DNA of 64,000 nt from Nemertoderma westbladi (lineage: Eukaryota; Animalia; Xenacoelomorpha), in assembly GCA_032718475.1 (NCBI GenBank), contig JAUCBJ010002429.1, positions 77,503-141,502 of the forward strand, in the 5' to 3' direction. Every line of letters starts with the position of its first letter. Position 1 is the stretch's first letter. The notes under the pieces were generated by a model. That model did not search any database, had not been told where the DNA came from, and worked only from the letters and a program-made list of their open reading frames with translations. Made by a program: the position numbers and the translations under genes. Positions 45,620 through 61,470 of the stretch are shown piece by piece.

Positions 45620-48600
45620 TCTGTGAGAAGCTGAACTTTGCCTGGTCAGAACAACCTAACTGACTGCGGCGCTTATCTCAGTCTCTATGCAATGGCAACT
45701 GCGCTAGATAAAAATTATTCTACAAGTTCATGATAATACAATGAAGCTGCGACATTGGCTAAGAGAGTGTATCGACAACATAAAGATAATCTTCATGGAA
45801 TATGATCCATTTCCTACTAAGGAACCATGCAAATCACACTACAGCCAGGCTTCACCGAGTCAGAGTCCTAGCTTACATGTGTTAGAATTAATGTCTACTC
45901 TTTTATTGGACTCAAGGAAAACTACAATAAAACAATTGAACTCACATTCGGTTACAAAGATGTTGGAAATTAGAGACCACCTATTCGAGGAAGTCAAAAA
46001 GTTTATGGCCCCGACACAAAGACTCACTCGCTCCGGTAACGGGGATCATCAAATGAAGTCTCAACTGATATTTATGAACTACTCCGCTCTATACAGGTTG
46101 GAGACCTTACAGAAGCTGCACGAAAACGACTCAAAAAGAGAGAACCTGCTGAAGCTACTCCTTATAAAATTTCATTAGAACAGCTACAATCGGATGTCAT
46201 ATCCTCAGTCGCTGCACTCCAAGCACGTATTTGCAGTCTGGAGAATGGTCAAGACTTGTTGAAGAAAGAAAATATGAGGATAAAGGATGACTTGAACCAG
46301 GAGCGGTGCGCTCAAATTCTGGCAGAGGCAAATGCAAACAACGTGGGGAAAAATTTAAAAGAGCTTGAAGAGCTGGTCGAAAAATTTCCAATAATGTACC
46401 CTGAGTCCTTTAGACGACGAGTTTTACATCATAGATTCGGTGGATAATACTACTCTAACTCAACCGATGACTAAAACATCAAACTCCATGGATCCCAACA
46501 ACTCAAACAAGGAATTAGTGCCTAACACTAACAATTATTCTCAACTAAGACCTCATTGGGGACACGTACTCCATGATTGTGGTAACAGTCACATGTGGAA
46601 ACAACATGGAAAACACAAGGAAACAACAACACACTATCTTTTTTCTGTATTGGTGGATGAGGAAGAGGTAAATAATGAGCAGTATGCAAACAGTGGGCAG
46701 AACATTAATCCCAACCACCAAATAGGTAAAAAGTTTGAAACAAGAAAGAATGAAAGGCATGATGGTGCTTCTAATAATAGTCTATATCAAGGCCCTACCA
46801 ACCAAATAACCAGACCCACTCACCAACCCTACATCCATCTAGGAACTGGCATTATAAGAGGGCCCCTAGAAGACCTGATAACAGAGACAATTTCGAACAT
46901 TATACTCCCCTGGAATTAAAGTCTCAGGTCAAAGAGCAAATCGCTGATATTCAAGCTAATAAGTCTGTACCTCTGGAAATGATATCTCAGGTAATCGACC
47001 CAGCTGTAGTCTACATCTATGAAGAATTCAAACCTCATCATAGCGAAGAGGAACTACTGTCTTATCTGGCCAAACATAACATATGTGTTCATAAGATAAC
47101 TACAAGTATAAACCATTGTGGTCAGCTCATAAGACGTCTAACTGTTGACAAATTAGATAAAATGTATATTCTTACAGCTAACCTCTGGCCAGAGGGAGTG
47201 AGCTGTTAGGAGAGATCTTTTACAATCCCAACTCGAACTCGCAATCACAATCACTATAGATCAATACCGTATCTACCTAGGCCTAACAACAGTAATTCAT
47301 ACCCATTAACGTCAATCTCGCAGCAGCGGGTTTGACAATAAGATTGATACTGAGCAGTTGGGACACAGTGGCAGAAGGAGAACAGATGATGTGGGAGATA
47401 AAGGATCTTTTCTCAAAATTGCTACTTTTAACTGCCACGGTTTCAACTCTAATATGGATTTTATAAATTATTTACTATCAGACCTTGATATCTTAGCTAT
47501 TCAGGAAACATGGTTGGATGACATGGAATCCCGTTTTCGTCTTAGTAAACTAAGCAGTGATTTTACTTGTATTTATGCCATCAGTAGTTTAAGGCAGAAT
47601 CCTTCTATGAAACGTAGAGCAGGTGGGGTTGCACTCTGGTTTAAAACTAATAAATTTCATGGTGTCGCAAATATCGAATCCGGCGACGATATAGTTGGAA
47701 TTAAAGCAAATATTTCAGGATATTCAACTCCTTTTCTTTTTCTATCCTGCTACACCCCGGATGCTAGTAAACATAGTAACTGCTACGATATGTTTTAGGA
47801 AGGTTGGAGTCGCTGCTGTTGATGTATCAAGACTGTATTCCCATTATCATGGCTTATACCAATGCAGATGTAGGGCCTCTACAAGGCCCAAGGTACCATC
47901 GCCCTGTCCCACCTCCTAGAGGCTCTAGGATTAAAAACTTCCTAAAAGAAGTGGGTCTCAGAGTGGCAGATGTCCAGAAGAACTTCACTGGGCCAATAAC
48001 AACGTTTATAGGACACAGGCAATCTTACATCGACCACATATACTGACCTCAACTTTTGGATTGTCAGTAATAAGTCGTGGGTGTGTGTTGGCAGACAGTG
48101 GAGGCCCTCTTAACATGTCGGATCACAGACCAATTCTTGCCAGATTATTATTGCCCGTTACAACCTCCACTACTAGAGGAGACAATCCTTAGCACGTCAT
48201 TCCTAGAGACAAGAACTCCCCAAAGAAGGTTCCGCCTTTCCGGTGTACGGACAGACTGACATGTTTCAATTGGCAGCAGGCGTCTGCAAATCAACTCGGC
48301 GACTATGGAAAGCTCATAACCGCAAGCTCTCTACACTCTTAGCCTCTATCACAACTAATAGTACAGAGTGGACAATGGAACAGCTTGATCTTGTAACAAC
48401 CCAACTCCAAGATATAATCTTTTCTGCAGCAATGGATACAATCCCTACAGTGAAGCACTCCAAACATTCGAAAAATATAAGAATCCGATCAGCTGCACTT
48501 TCTGAGAGGTCAAGGAGAACGAAGGATCTGTTTAAACTATGGACTCAGAGTGGTCAAGAAGAAGGAAATGAACTGGGACACGCGTATAAGGAGTCAAAGA

Positions 48601-50543
48601 AAAATGTTAATCGCCTCAGGAACCACTTATCTAACAACAAAGTCATTGGTGAAGTAGCTAAGATCATCAATTCGCTGAAGTGTGGAACAAATCATAGAAA
48701 CTTCTGGAAAAAGATCAACCCAAAGACATCAGCTCAACCACCAACATAGACACAACATGCCATTTGGAACAAATATCTAGAAGATAGCATCAGTGGTGAT
48801 ACATCAGTGAAGCTGCTAGAGACGCAGGAAAAGATTAGAGAAGCCTGTGAAAACAGTGATCCGCTTACAATCTCAGACTCTATGGTACAACGAGCCATTC
48901 TTGTCTTATCTAAGGGGAAATCACCAGATCGTGGATCTCTTGTCATTGAACATTTCTTATCCCTTGATCCAGAACTAATATGTGATGTCCTGGCAAAGAT
49001 TATCAACTTATGTCTCCGACTGGGAAAAGTACCAGATATCTTAGGTAGAACTGTGATAAATCATATGTATAAAGGAAAGCAGAGAAACCCGCTTCTAATT
49101 AATTCTTTCCAACCTATTTCAACAATTAGTGTCATATCGAAAATCTTTGAGGCACTAATGCTTATGGAATATTTATCATCCCTTCATATCTCACCTTCAC
49201 AATTCGCATACAGACCAAAAGCAGGGGCAGACGTGGCTCTTGCAGTTCTAATGGAAACATTGGATACACACAGAATCAGAGGGTTCAACAGCTATCTTTG
49301 CAAGTTAGACATTTCATCAGTTTTCGACAATGTCGAATATCATGTACTCTTTGATAAATTACTCGAATGCATCAAACCTCGTGTCTGCGCAGTTTTACAC
49401 GATTACTCTAAGTACACAGTAATGTTCCTAAACTTTGCAGATCTAATTGACCAACCAACATGGTGCAAAGTCAATCAAGGGATTAAAACAGGGGTCATTG
49501 ACATCGCCAGTGCTCTTTGCTTTTTATACAAGTGGTGTGCTAGATACATTGCAAGTTTCCGGATATGGTTACAATCTTACTCAGTTATGGATAAGTGTTA
49601 TATGTTATGCGGACGACATGGTCATACGTCTTAGGCCACGGTCGGACAGACGGAGCCATTCCTAGTCTCATAAACGTAAAGGGCACACTCGTGAGCTCAA
49701 ACAATTGCATATCATTTTTGGGCGTTAAGGTTAATCTTAATATACGGGATAATCTGCGGGAGTGTATAAAAGTAATTGCAATAGTCTCTGAGACCTTCAA
49801 CAGGAAAGGTTGGACGATTAAGTGGTTGAATGTGGAAACACTAGCAACTTTGTGGAAAATGATTGCCATCCCATCTATTATCTATAAGCTTAGATTTGTG
49901 TTCGGAATTCTAACCTCGACCGAGACTCTGGAACTTGATGATTTTTATCGAAAAACATTGAGGGGGCTCCTACATGTTGGATCATATGTGTCTAACAGTA
50001 TGGTTTATGGGCTGCTCAACACTACTCCTATCTCGTCAGCACTCTACAGTGATTGTATCGGGTGTATTCCCAGGGTAGCACATATCCTTTTAAACCTCTA
50101 TGCCTTATCTTTAACATACCTGTGTTCCCAGATATACTATCTGTGGGAGTTCATCACTTAGAAGAACTTATAACAAGTGCACATCCACCTTTCCGCTTCC
50201 AAATATTAGGTCTTTAACACTTTCTAAGTTCCACCTCCGTAGCCTTAAAAACCGAGTACTGCCTGGCGCTCTAGCCATATCTGATAGAATTAACATACAC
50301 TTCCCTCGGAGTTGCTTTGCCAGTACCATATCCCTTGTAGCAAAATGGAAAAGAATCTTACAGTACTTCAACCAGTTGGCCTACCTTATTATTTATGGAG
50401 CGATTTTAATTTTTGTGATTTGTATTCGTTTGGAGCGATTCAATTTTATTTATGTTTCCTGTTTTTAACGATACCGGCATAGTCCGGGTCCGGGTCCGGG
50501 TCCATAGTCCGGGTAATATACAATAATAATAATAATAATAATA
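45620..50543 (+). mobile_element. Degenerate, near full-length APE-type LINE (ORF1 remnants about 45740-47210; APE-RT ORF2 about 47360-50400), clade uncertain (RTE-X/L2-like)
   Basis: ORF1 end LWPEGVSC; IATFNCHG, LAIQETWL, GGVALWF, YIDHI, SDHRP; QFAYRP, LDISSVFD, GLKQGSLTSPVLF, CYADD; many stops and frameshifts; (AAT)n tail. Confidence 0.88.
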
Positions 50544-51499
50544 TAATTAAAAAACGCAAATTCCTCGAAAAACCTCCCCTATGAATCTCGTGTCAAAATA
50601 ATCAGAATTTAATTCAAGAAACTGGCAATTTCATCCCTTAAGGGGGGTAGGGGTAGCGCTACTTCAATAATTTTTTGCAAATTTTTTTTTATTTCAACTA
50701 GAGCAGATTTTTATCAAGATTCCAAATTTGAAAACCGTTTAGCAAGATTTGTCTTACTTCTCGAGATATGGCTGTCTGTCCGTTTTACTGTCGGTTTGTC
50801 CGTCAATTTGTCTGTCTGTCAATAAAAAGCATACTATGTCTAAAAAATTTCCTGTATGGGTTTTCGTGGTCGGTGACTTCATTTCTGATGTCATTAATCA
50901 AATTTGGCCTTGTCTGTTATGTCTGTATGCCTGTCTGTCTGTAAAAATATAACCGACAGTCTGACAGCCAAACAGACCATTTGGAAGTCATCAAATGTTA
51001 AAATTGACATTCGAAATAAATTCTGCGACCAGGAAAACCCGTACAGCTAAACTTTTAGCTCAATGGTGTGCCTTTTTCTTATAATTGACAAACAGATGTC
51101 GGATAGTCAGAAAGAGAGACCGACAGCAAACTAGATTTCATTAAAATTGAAAACTGACTTCAGAAATGAAATTAGCGACCAGGTAAACCCCCATAGCAAA
51201 AATCTTAGCATGGTTTTATGCTTTCTTGTTGATAGATATATATTGACAGACATTCTCACATATTAACAGACAATTTTTGCGCGGGAAGGTTCAAATTTTA
51301 AATGCAATTAACTCGGAATGGTATTTTTTCATTTCAACAAAATTTAAAATGCTACTCCTCTACCAATTTTTAATATTTTTTCATGAAATTTGGACATAGT
51401 AACCACATGTCTGGTATCTTCAAAGGTATTGGTCAAAATTTTAAAATTTTGATCTTAACTGTTTTTATTGGCATCGAAATGTGAAAAATGCTATTTTTT

Positions 51500-51783
51500 T
51501 TAAAAAATAATAAAATAAGTAATTGAATGGGAGAATCTTTTAGGCTCGTTAAGCCAAAGGAATGCCTGTTCACCACCATGGGTGATCTTCCACAGGAAAC
51601 CCTTCCACTCTGTTTCCCAAGTTGCCTTGGTTCCCATTTATCGACCACTGAAGGATGAAAGCCGGGCTTGGGCTAGGCTGCAGCATTTAAAGCACTGTGC
51701 CCAAACAGTGCTGCCCCATCTAGGGATCGAACCCGGGCTCCCTAATCGGAAGCACAGTAATGTCACCACTAGACCAAGCTGCT
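51500..51783 (-). mobile_element. tRNA-derived SINE with a Nin-type core (second family)
   Basis: Minus strand A box TGGTCTAGTGG, B box GGTTCGATCC, core GGCTTTCATCCTTCAGTGGTCGATAAATGGGAACC. Confidence 0.8.
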
Positions 51784-52371
51784 GTTTAAATAATTAATTA
51801 ATTTGATAATAAAATTGGAAATAATCAATATCAAAAAATTTTGACCAATACTTTTATCAACCATATATATATAACTTATAGTTATATAACTAATGTTTGT
51901 ACGAAGAGCAGTGTTTTTAGTAATAGTAATAATTTATGCTACTAATTAGCACTAAATTATTATAACTATATTACAAAATTTTTTTTTCTAAAACAACCTT
52001 CAGTTATCGATTGACCCTTATACCAAAAATTATTCATTTTGGATAAAGATAAAATTAAAAGATAAAGATAAAAATAAAAAAAGGGCATATTGTAAGTTAC
52101 GGATATTTTATTTATCAAATAAAATACCTAATAAACAATAATTAGAAATAGGTTAATTAATTAATTAAATAATTAAAATATATTAGCCGCTAGGCCTACT
52201 TTATAAATTTGAATTAATAAATTAATGTACGATATATTTCGTTCCATCAATTAGGTTATTAGTTAGTAGCGAATCAGTCTGTTTCTTACCAGGGTCCGGT
52301 TTTTTGGAATTTTTTCCGATCAACTTCAACTTCAGAGATTGTAAAGAATGGTTAGAGGAGAATACTTAGAA

Positions 52372-53265
52372 TTACACTAAAGTTCTATAAAATGATTTGA
52401 TTTCATTCGTAATAGTACTTTGTTGGGACGGAGAAAACAAGACGTGATCGCCGCCTTTAATTAAAACAACCTTAACGTCCGGGGAAGAAACAGCTGAAGC
52501 TAAAGTTATAGAGCGATTGTAAGGTACCATGTCGTCATCTAATCCATGAATAACTCGCAAAGGTTTATCGAAGTTTACTTTACCGTTGTTTACAAGTCGA
52601 AATGGGAGGCTATCCTTCAAAAACCGTGCTGAAAAATAAACATTTGGGACGGAAGCGAATGAACCAACATAAAGAGATATATTGGGTGCTTCTAGGAGAT
52701 TCCTTAGTTCGTCTATCTCATCTACAAGTTGTTTAAACTCCGGATGTTCTTCATACTTATCCGGACCCATATCGTGCGAGGAAGATATCGCAACTAGTCC
52801 GGAAATACCGCCCGAGCGCTGGGCTAACAGCATCGCCAACCAAACACCCATGCTGTGGGCTACAACCAACTGGGGTCCGTCCGTTACGGTACTCATTATA
52901 TACTCGACATCAGCAACCCAATCGGTAAACGTAGCGTCCCGCATGTTACCAGGGGACTTACCGCTGCAACTGTAATCCAGCGCGGTGTATGAGCATCCGA
53001 GTTGTCCCGCTAACTCAATAATCGCTTTCGATTGGGGGGAACTCATACTAATACCCATCCCGGGTAGATAAAGTAATCCTAGTTTATTACCCTGAGAACC
53101 ATTTATGTATTGGTAAGCGATTCTAGAACCTTTTCTATCGGTAAACTTGGTAGTACTGGTAATGCTCCGACGCCATGGTAGGCCTAGTGCGACAGCCTTC
53201 GTAGCTTTTCCACGAACATTGCAGACACAATTAATTTTATGCGACCAAAGATTTAATAACAACAT
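52372..53265 (-). CDS. ABHD10: Alpha/beta hydrolase ABHD10-like (mitochondrial thioesterase/esterase); intronless
   Basis: ATG 53265 with a basic targeting-like leader; LYLPG, DYSCSGKS, nucleophile AHSMG, IHGLDDDMVP, IKGGDH (S-D-H triad). Confidence 0.85.
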   Translation of the reverse strand: MLLLNLWSHKINCVCNVRGKATKAVALGLPWRRSITSTTKFTDRKGSRIAYQYINGSQGNKLGLLYLPGMGISMSSPQSKAIIELAGQLGCSYTALDYSCSGKSPGNMRDATFTDWVADVEYIMSTVTDGPQLVVAHSMGVWLAMLLAQRSGGISGLVAISSSHDMGPDKYEEHPEFKQLVDEIDELRNLLEAPNISLYVGSFASVPNVYFSARFLKDSLPFRLVNNGKVNFDKPLRVIHGLDDDMVPYNRSITLASAVSSPDVKVVLIKGGDHVLFSPSQQSTITNEIKSFYRTLV

Positions 53266-54135
53266 TTTTCGTGAAATGAGTAAAAAACGGCTGAACGGTA
53301 TCAAGTACGTCAGAATCTACCCACCTAAATAGTGTTCGATAAAAGTCTGACGGTTGAAATTATTTTAGGATAAAAATTTACCGGTACAGGTATGGTAAAA
53401 GGTTGAAATTACCTCAAACTGTGAACAGCATTTTATATAGTAAAATTGAAAGTTAGCAATCGTTTAATTGAAGGCGAAAATACATATTATTATATTTATA
53501 AGATATTTGTTATGTTCTGATCCGGAAAATAAGATATGATACAGTATGATCATGGTATAATAATCAATAAGTGTAATAATGCATATCACTAGAGTAAACG
53601 GCAGACACACACAACCACCCAACACCAAAACAGTCGTTAGGCCTAAAACAGTAAGTAATATGAAGGCAAGGAGTGATAGCGTGATAGGTCGGTAACGAGG
53701 CAAGCCTTACTAATAATAGTAGTTTCAGTTTGCATATCATGCATATGCTATGCGCGTCGCGCCACCTAACGGCCGATCGATCACTGCACTATAGTCAATA
53801 CAATGGCAATATATCAGTTCCCCATTTCTTTTGTAAGTTAAATGTCTCAGTTTAACATGCAAATCGATGAGGAGGAATACCAGACGTGGATGTGGACCTT
53901 GTGATAGGTTGGACTGTGGTAGTGTCAGCGAATGTGAGAGTTTGTTGTTTTACTTTTGGGGGTGCCGGAAGTTGTTTTTCCCCTGGAGGTCCCACAAGTT
54001 GTCCCTGATTGAAGGGACGTAAATAGCGGCGGTTTCTAACGAGTTAACGCCTGCTTGGCAATATATTTGTGAATCTTCTAGGGCCAGGTTTCTCTGTGTT
54101 TGTCCCAATTCGGTCCCACAACTTTGTTCTGTACC

Positions 54136-55296
54136 TGTAAAGGCTTTTGCGGATATAACTAGTCATTTTTCCCGCAAAGTACTGTGTAGGTATTTTAGTG
54201 GACATAAAAAGCCATTTTTCTGTATGTGTACTTTAGCGGACATAACAAGCCATTTTATGCCGCAATACGCCAAAATACTCTTAATACAGTGTAGTTCAGA
54301 TGACGACATCTATCAGCTGATATGTCGATGTGGAGCTTTTTGGCTTTCTTTGTTCGGCTCACTCGACCAATCAGAGCGATGTTCATTTTTATTTGTACAG
54401 AAGCCTACAGGAAATCGCGCAATGCATGACGGTCTTTGTTTACGTTTTTCCTGAGCCCAGAACATCGGCTTTGGAATTATTCTAAGTTTCAGACTTTAGC
54501 CAAACATTCGACGGCTTTGATTATAGAAACGTATAACTGTTATCAAATCATATCATAACATACCAGTACATACGCAACACAGCAGACTCACCTTATCTTT
54601 CACCGCATTATTTTACTGCTATTTACTGTCGGTTATTAATTGTTAGAAGTTGATGGATATGTTGTTATATTTGGAGAATATCGATAAATAATCATAAAAC
54701 CCCAATCTTCTTGATATACTGAAGGTTAGAGAGACCGGTTACCTGTAGCAATTGCGACTTACATTATAGTGGTTTCGGAGTGAATTGAATGCTATTTCAT
54801 AATCCCTACATGTGTCAGTTACTATTCTCCTTATATATGATCAAATTTAGTGAAGGTCGGCAGATCAGTGTGCAGCAGTGTGCGGGTGTGTGCATGAGTG
54901 TGACAGATAACAAAGCATTTCCTAAAGAATGCGCTTTATACGTGAATCCATAGCCATCCCGTTGTGTTTAGTGTAAGTCATAACTCTGTTTACATACTTA
55001 GAGCGCCACGTCCTAAAGGAACTGTTAATATTTCCCGAAAGTATATAATATTTGTCAGAGATTATATATTAACGATCAATCGAATAGTACAGTAAGTCTA
55101 CACCGCAAAAAGGTCAGAGCCTCCGAATCCAGTCTCCCTTAACTGTGGGTGAATGGTCGCGCATAGGCTGGCTTCGGCTAATGTAACTTTATATCTTATA
55201 TGCAACAAATACTTGTTATAGGCTAAAGTCGATTTATAAACTAGAAGATACCTAAAATTAGCGGGTTAAACTGCTAAAGGTCTAAAAGCGCGAACA
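54136..55296 (+). mobile_element. Solo LTR of the element B family
   Basis: TG...CA ends, perfect 5-bp TSD GTACC (54131-54135, 55297-55301), colinear with 29073-30226. Confidence 0.95.
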
Positions 55297-57053
55297 GTAC
55301 CCGACCGCCGCGGCCCGCACTTCGCTCTATTGAGAGGCGGTAAGTTGTGTGCCATGTGCCACTGATTGTAACGTTCAACACAATCTTGTTGAAGTTCTGC
55401 AGCTCGCAGGTCATTCGATTTGGATGCTACAGTATATTGTTTAATTTGTTGTTAATTTGTTTAATTCGCCCAGCCAGCTACTACAACTACCCCTAGACCA
55501 GCTGTTAAATAAAACGTATAAAAGAAGAGTTAAAAAAAAAGGTTAAACCCCAAGAGTCATTAAAAAGAGTTAAACAGTAGCAGTTCTTGAGTTCTTTATA
55601 ATGAGGTTTAAAAAAAACTGAGTATTAAACATAACCTGGGTTGGTACGCCTACTAGAATGTCTACTAGTAGGCCTAAGTGAAGCGCCACTTAACGGCCGA
55701 TCACTGCACTATAGTCAATATAATGGGAATCTATCGATATTTGTTCAGAAACGGGAACAATTTAAAAGAAAGCCAGTGGGTGTTGAACCAGCGCTATATA
55801 CATACTGTAGAGTACTACCGTTTCGCCAGTTAGCTACAGTAGTGCTAACCAGTTCAGCCCCTCTCCCCTGAGACTTTGCATATTTTCTTCCACTTACATC
55901 GAACAAGCATTCGGCTATGATTTGTCTATTAACTTGTAAAGGGTGCCCGTTATCTTCTTATTTTGATTGCTTCAATTAATAGTACAGCTCTGTGTTCCTA
56001 GAAATAACTGGGTATTATTATTTATATCTCACTTTCAAAACAACCAAATTCACAAGTTCTATAATTTCATATTTGAATCTTCGTTTTTAACATTATTCGT
56101 ATGATTTTAACAAAATTTATACAAAATTACTAAGCATAAAATAATACTACAGTATGATGAAAAAAACCGGCTAACAATAATTAATTGCTATACATAAATA
56201 CATAATATATATTAACATAGAACATCTACTAAACATTACAAATTCAAAACACAATTATTACATCTAGTTTTGGGCCACATACACTTAAACGAGGTACGTG
56301 CGCGCACAAAAGGTTGTCAGAGGACGGCCATATTATTTACATTAAAAATATGTTACGCTTATAAACAAACTTATACCACTATGGAGCAATCGAGAAATTA
56401 AAATATAACAATGGTTTACTAAAATGCCTCACATCAGAAAACGTGGCTTGTCCCACATCATTGGGTGTAAGAATAAATATGTACTAAGTTCTAGAATTCG
56501 TTGGTTATGGTGAATTAGAAAGTAAATTGAAGTTGAATCACAACAGTTGATATAAACTATTTCGGTTAGCTTTAGCTTTATATGAGGTATTTTCTAGATT
56601 GTGTAAAAAATTAATTAATGATACAAATAATTAATTCAGTTCACTTAATCTCAATCGATAATTAATATATTGCGGCCAAAATAAAATTATATACTAACAA
56701 TGCCATAATTATAAACCATCGAAACAGCGGCTTCCCGTAAGTAATATGTTAAAAGATACTTTCAGTTTCAAACTGAAACAACAATAATAAGATGGTGTTG
56801 CAACTATGACCCATTAACTAACGATAAAACACGATTATATATATAATCATAATAATTAAAGGAATATTTAAATTTACAAACATAAAATAGACGGAATATT
56901 TAAATTTAAATATATTTAACCTAATTTAGTTGACCTATAGACTAACATTGCAATTGCAACATAAATATAAAAGCATAATAAAAAAAATAAGTAAAATTAA
57001 ACTGCCATAATTTTGCGATATCTTGTAGTAAGTTAGACTACCGTTGTAACCAA

Positions 57054-59652
57054 TCATAACGTAGTGACACAGCCCCCAAACCGTTCCCGCAGCAACGCCA
57101 ATAGTTTCTTCTTGCCCTTATAGGCGGTGTGTACCGTGTCTAACAGTTGGTTGAACCGAGCCTGGCCGTCGGGCGCCAATGTAAACGCCTCCCGCGCCTT
57201 CCCCAGGAACTCCGAGAACTCTAGGTAATGCCTCGGCGAGATCTGGCTGAGACGGACGTGGGCCGTGTTGACGTAGGCGTTGATGGCGGCCTCGAGAAGC
57301 TGCCGGAGGGGCGGCCTATCCGGAGCGAGGAATCGGGAAGGCCGCCGCTTACAGTCCCCGAGGGCCACGCTACCCGGGGGAGCAATCATACAGCGACGGA
57401 GCACGTCGTAGAGAACCGAGGCGCAGTGGATGTTCCTCACCAGGAGCGGAACAACCGTGCCGAGTTCCTCCTTGCCGAGCCCGAGAGCGAGCAGCGTGGA
57501 CCAGAGGATGTCGGAGACGGCGGGATGGGAGACCTGGTTGGCGGCGATGACGAGGTTACTCAGAGCAAGGAGCGACAACCGGTAGGCTCGCATCGGGATC
57601 CGTCGGTGCTCCATATACCGAGCTACGTTGAAGATCTGGGCGGAGTTCATCGACTTATTAGCGGCGTCAACGACGATGTTGTATGCGGCGTCGAAAGCAA
57701 CAGGGTCCTTCTCGCAGAGGTTCAGAGCGCAGAGAGCGCAGTTAGGGGCGTCCCGCGAGGCGCATTGTAAAGCCAACGTCTTCGCGCAGTTGCAGAGTTC
57801 GTCGTTCTGAGCGGAGGGGAGGTTTAGTTGCATCAGCGTGGCGGGTTGCATTACCGTAGTGGCCACCATGGCTGAAGCTTCCGCTGGCGTGAACATGGAC
57901 ATCCAGCCCTGCATGAGCGCGACCACGGGCCCCAAGCCAGCCTCGACCGCGCACCCGACCAACCAGCGGACCATCTCGCGCCGCTTCCAGTTCCCGGAGG
58001 TCAGCGTGTTCTGCAACACGTGTTTGCCGAGTTCCAACGCGACATGGAGCATCGCGGCGCTCCTCGAGCCGTCCGGCGCGTGGGCGAGTCGCAAGGCGTC
58101 CTGCGCTAAGCGGAACACGTGGGTGGCGCCGTGCACGTGTCGCTTAGTCGCGTCCATCGTGGCGGCCAACTTACCGGCGTCGCCGCGCGCGCTCAGCAGC
58201 ATCGTGGACGCGAGTTCGGCCTGCAGCGACTCGATGTGCCCCATGGTGAACCAACGCGGGAAGGGGCCCCGCGGCACGCCCCCCAGCGGCGGTATGTCGT
58301 CGCCCCCCGGAACCAGATGGTCCAGCACTGGCATCCTCATCGCCCGCAGCGCTACTCCGAAGGCCAACTCGTGCGCGTGCGGCAGCAGCGTCGAGAAGAG
58401 AAACGCGGCGAAACCGTGGAGCGGTATACACTCGCGATGAATGTTCAACCCGAATCCGCTAGAGGGACCTCCATCTAGGATGATCTGACTAGCGTACTTG
58501 ATAGTATCGATGAGTTTGGAGTCGAGAGAAAGTTGCTGGAGTTTGTTTATGATGTTTTCGTAGCCACGACTGATTCGGTCCTGTAGGTACAGGTCCGCGG
58601 GCATGGAGTGGGCGGTGCCCAGCGCGTATAGGGTCGCCTCTATACCCAGGGTGAGGTAGGAGTCGCAGGAGGTGGTTTCCGGAGGGGTTACATGTAGATA
58701 TCGAGGCGAACTACGGTCGCTGTTGGGACTCAGGGAGCACAAGCTGCCACCGCTGTTGTGTCGCTCGCGTCCCGTGGACACCTGGAGGAGGGTGTCCAGC
58801 AGCACGCCCACCGGGTTGAGTGGGTGCCCCACGGGGTTGTCCTCCCCCTGGCGCGTGAAGGGCGCGCAGCCGCACGGAGGGCGCGGTCGGTAGGGCCAGT
58901 GGGCGGTCGCCTCGCCCGGGGCCACGCTCTGTGGACGCCCCGGGCAGGTCGGGCAGCCGCAGTAGCCCTGCCCCGAGAGCCGCTGGTATTTCCGGTAGTC
59001 GGAAAGGAAACCGCGGCGCACGCTGCACGCCACCGCGACCGCTAAGCGGATGGCGCGTCTGTGGTAGCCGTGGCAACGGAGACTGTCAATACGGGCGCAG
59101 GCCACTGGCAGGGCCTCATCCCAGATGAGGTTTCCGTAGTGGTCGTGGCACGGGCAGACCAGGCCGTCCCCCTGGTCGCACTTGGCCCCGGGGTTGTACC
59201 GCCGACCCGCGAGCACCGCGCCCAACAGCACGTCGTCCCAACCCAGAGCGCACGCGTCGATCGCGCGAGAGAACACGGTCCGTCGCGAGTCGCCGCTAGA
59301 GGGCGCCGCGTCCGGGTTCTCCAGTGGACAGACGTCGACACCGTGCCAGGTCTCGAGTTTGGCGCGCCACGCCACCTTGTGGGAGACTCCGGAATCCGGG
59401 TCCAGCACCACGGTAACCCACAGTGCCGACAGGGTGTCCCACAACGATCGGTTCTTATCGGCCACCGAGGAGGTCTCCTGCTGTCGCCATAGCGACAGTC
59501 GGGGGTCCGCGAGGAATTCGCATGTGATTATGGTTAGCAGTCTGGCGCCGTTGGAGTCTCGAGCTTTTAGAAGTTCCCGAACTTTCGCGAACATCGAGTG
59601 GAGGTATTTACATGAGGGGTAGTACGAACCCTGGGCGAGGTAGTATTTTACC
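57054..59652 (-). CDS. ZSWIM6: ZSWIM4/5/6-family protein, last coding exon
   Basis: FAKVRELLKARDSNGARLL, WKRREMVRWLV, ISPRHYLEFSEFL, YKGKKKLLALLRERFG; acceptor CTTTTCAG at 59653; paralogue assignment within 4/5/6 is not possible. Confidence 0.92.
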
Positions 59653-59959
59653 CTGAAAAGGAAATATTGATGAATTTCTGGTTACTGATTAAAAAAAAAA
59701 AAAAAAAATTAACAGAACTATATACTTCCAATACCAAATCCAATGTATTTTCGGACATTACTATAATTATCCCAAATGGCCAATTTTAGTAAAAGTTGTA
59801 GGCGTGTGACAGTTTTCATTAGGATTTGGGGCTCACCAATCAACCCTAACACACAAATGACATTGACCTAGGAATAACGATAAAAATTAAATGGAAATGC
59901 AACGAATTTAAGGCCGTAGTTGATCTTGATACGTCACTAAACTAAAGGCCTCACTAACT

Positions 59960-61470
<1,511 letters not shown>

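Noticed and set aside
50545-51480. Possible non-autonomous DNA transposon with CTGTCTGT subrepeats
   Set aside because: Could not define termini or a TSD by eye
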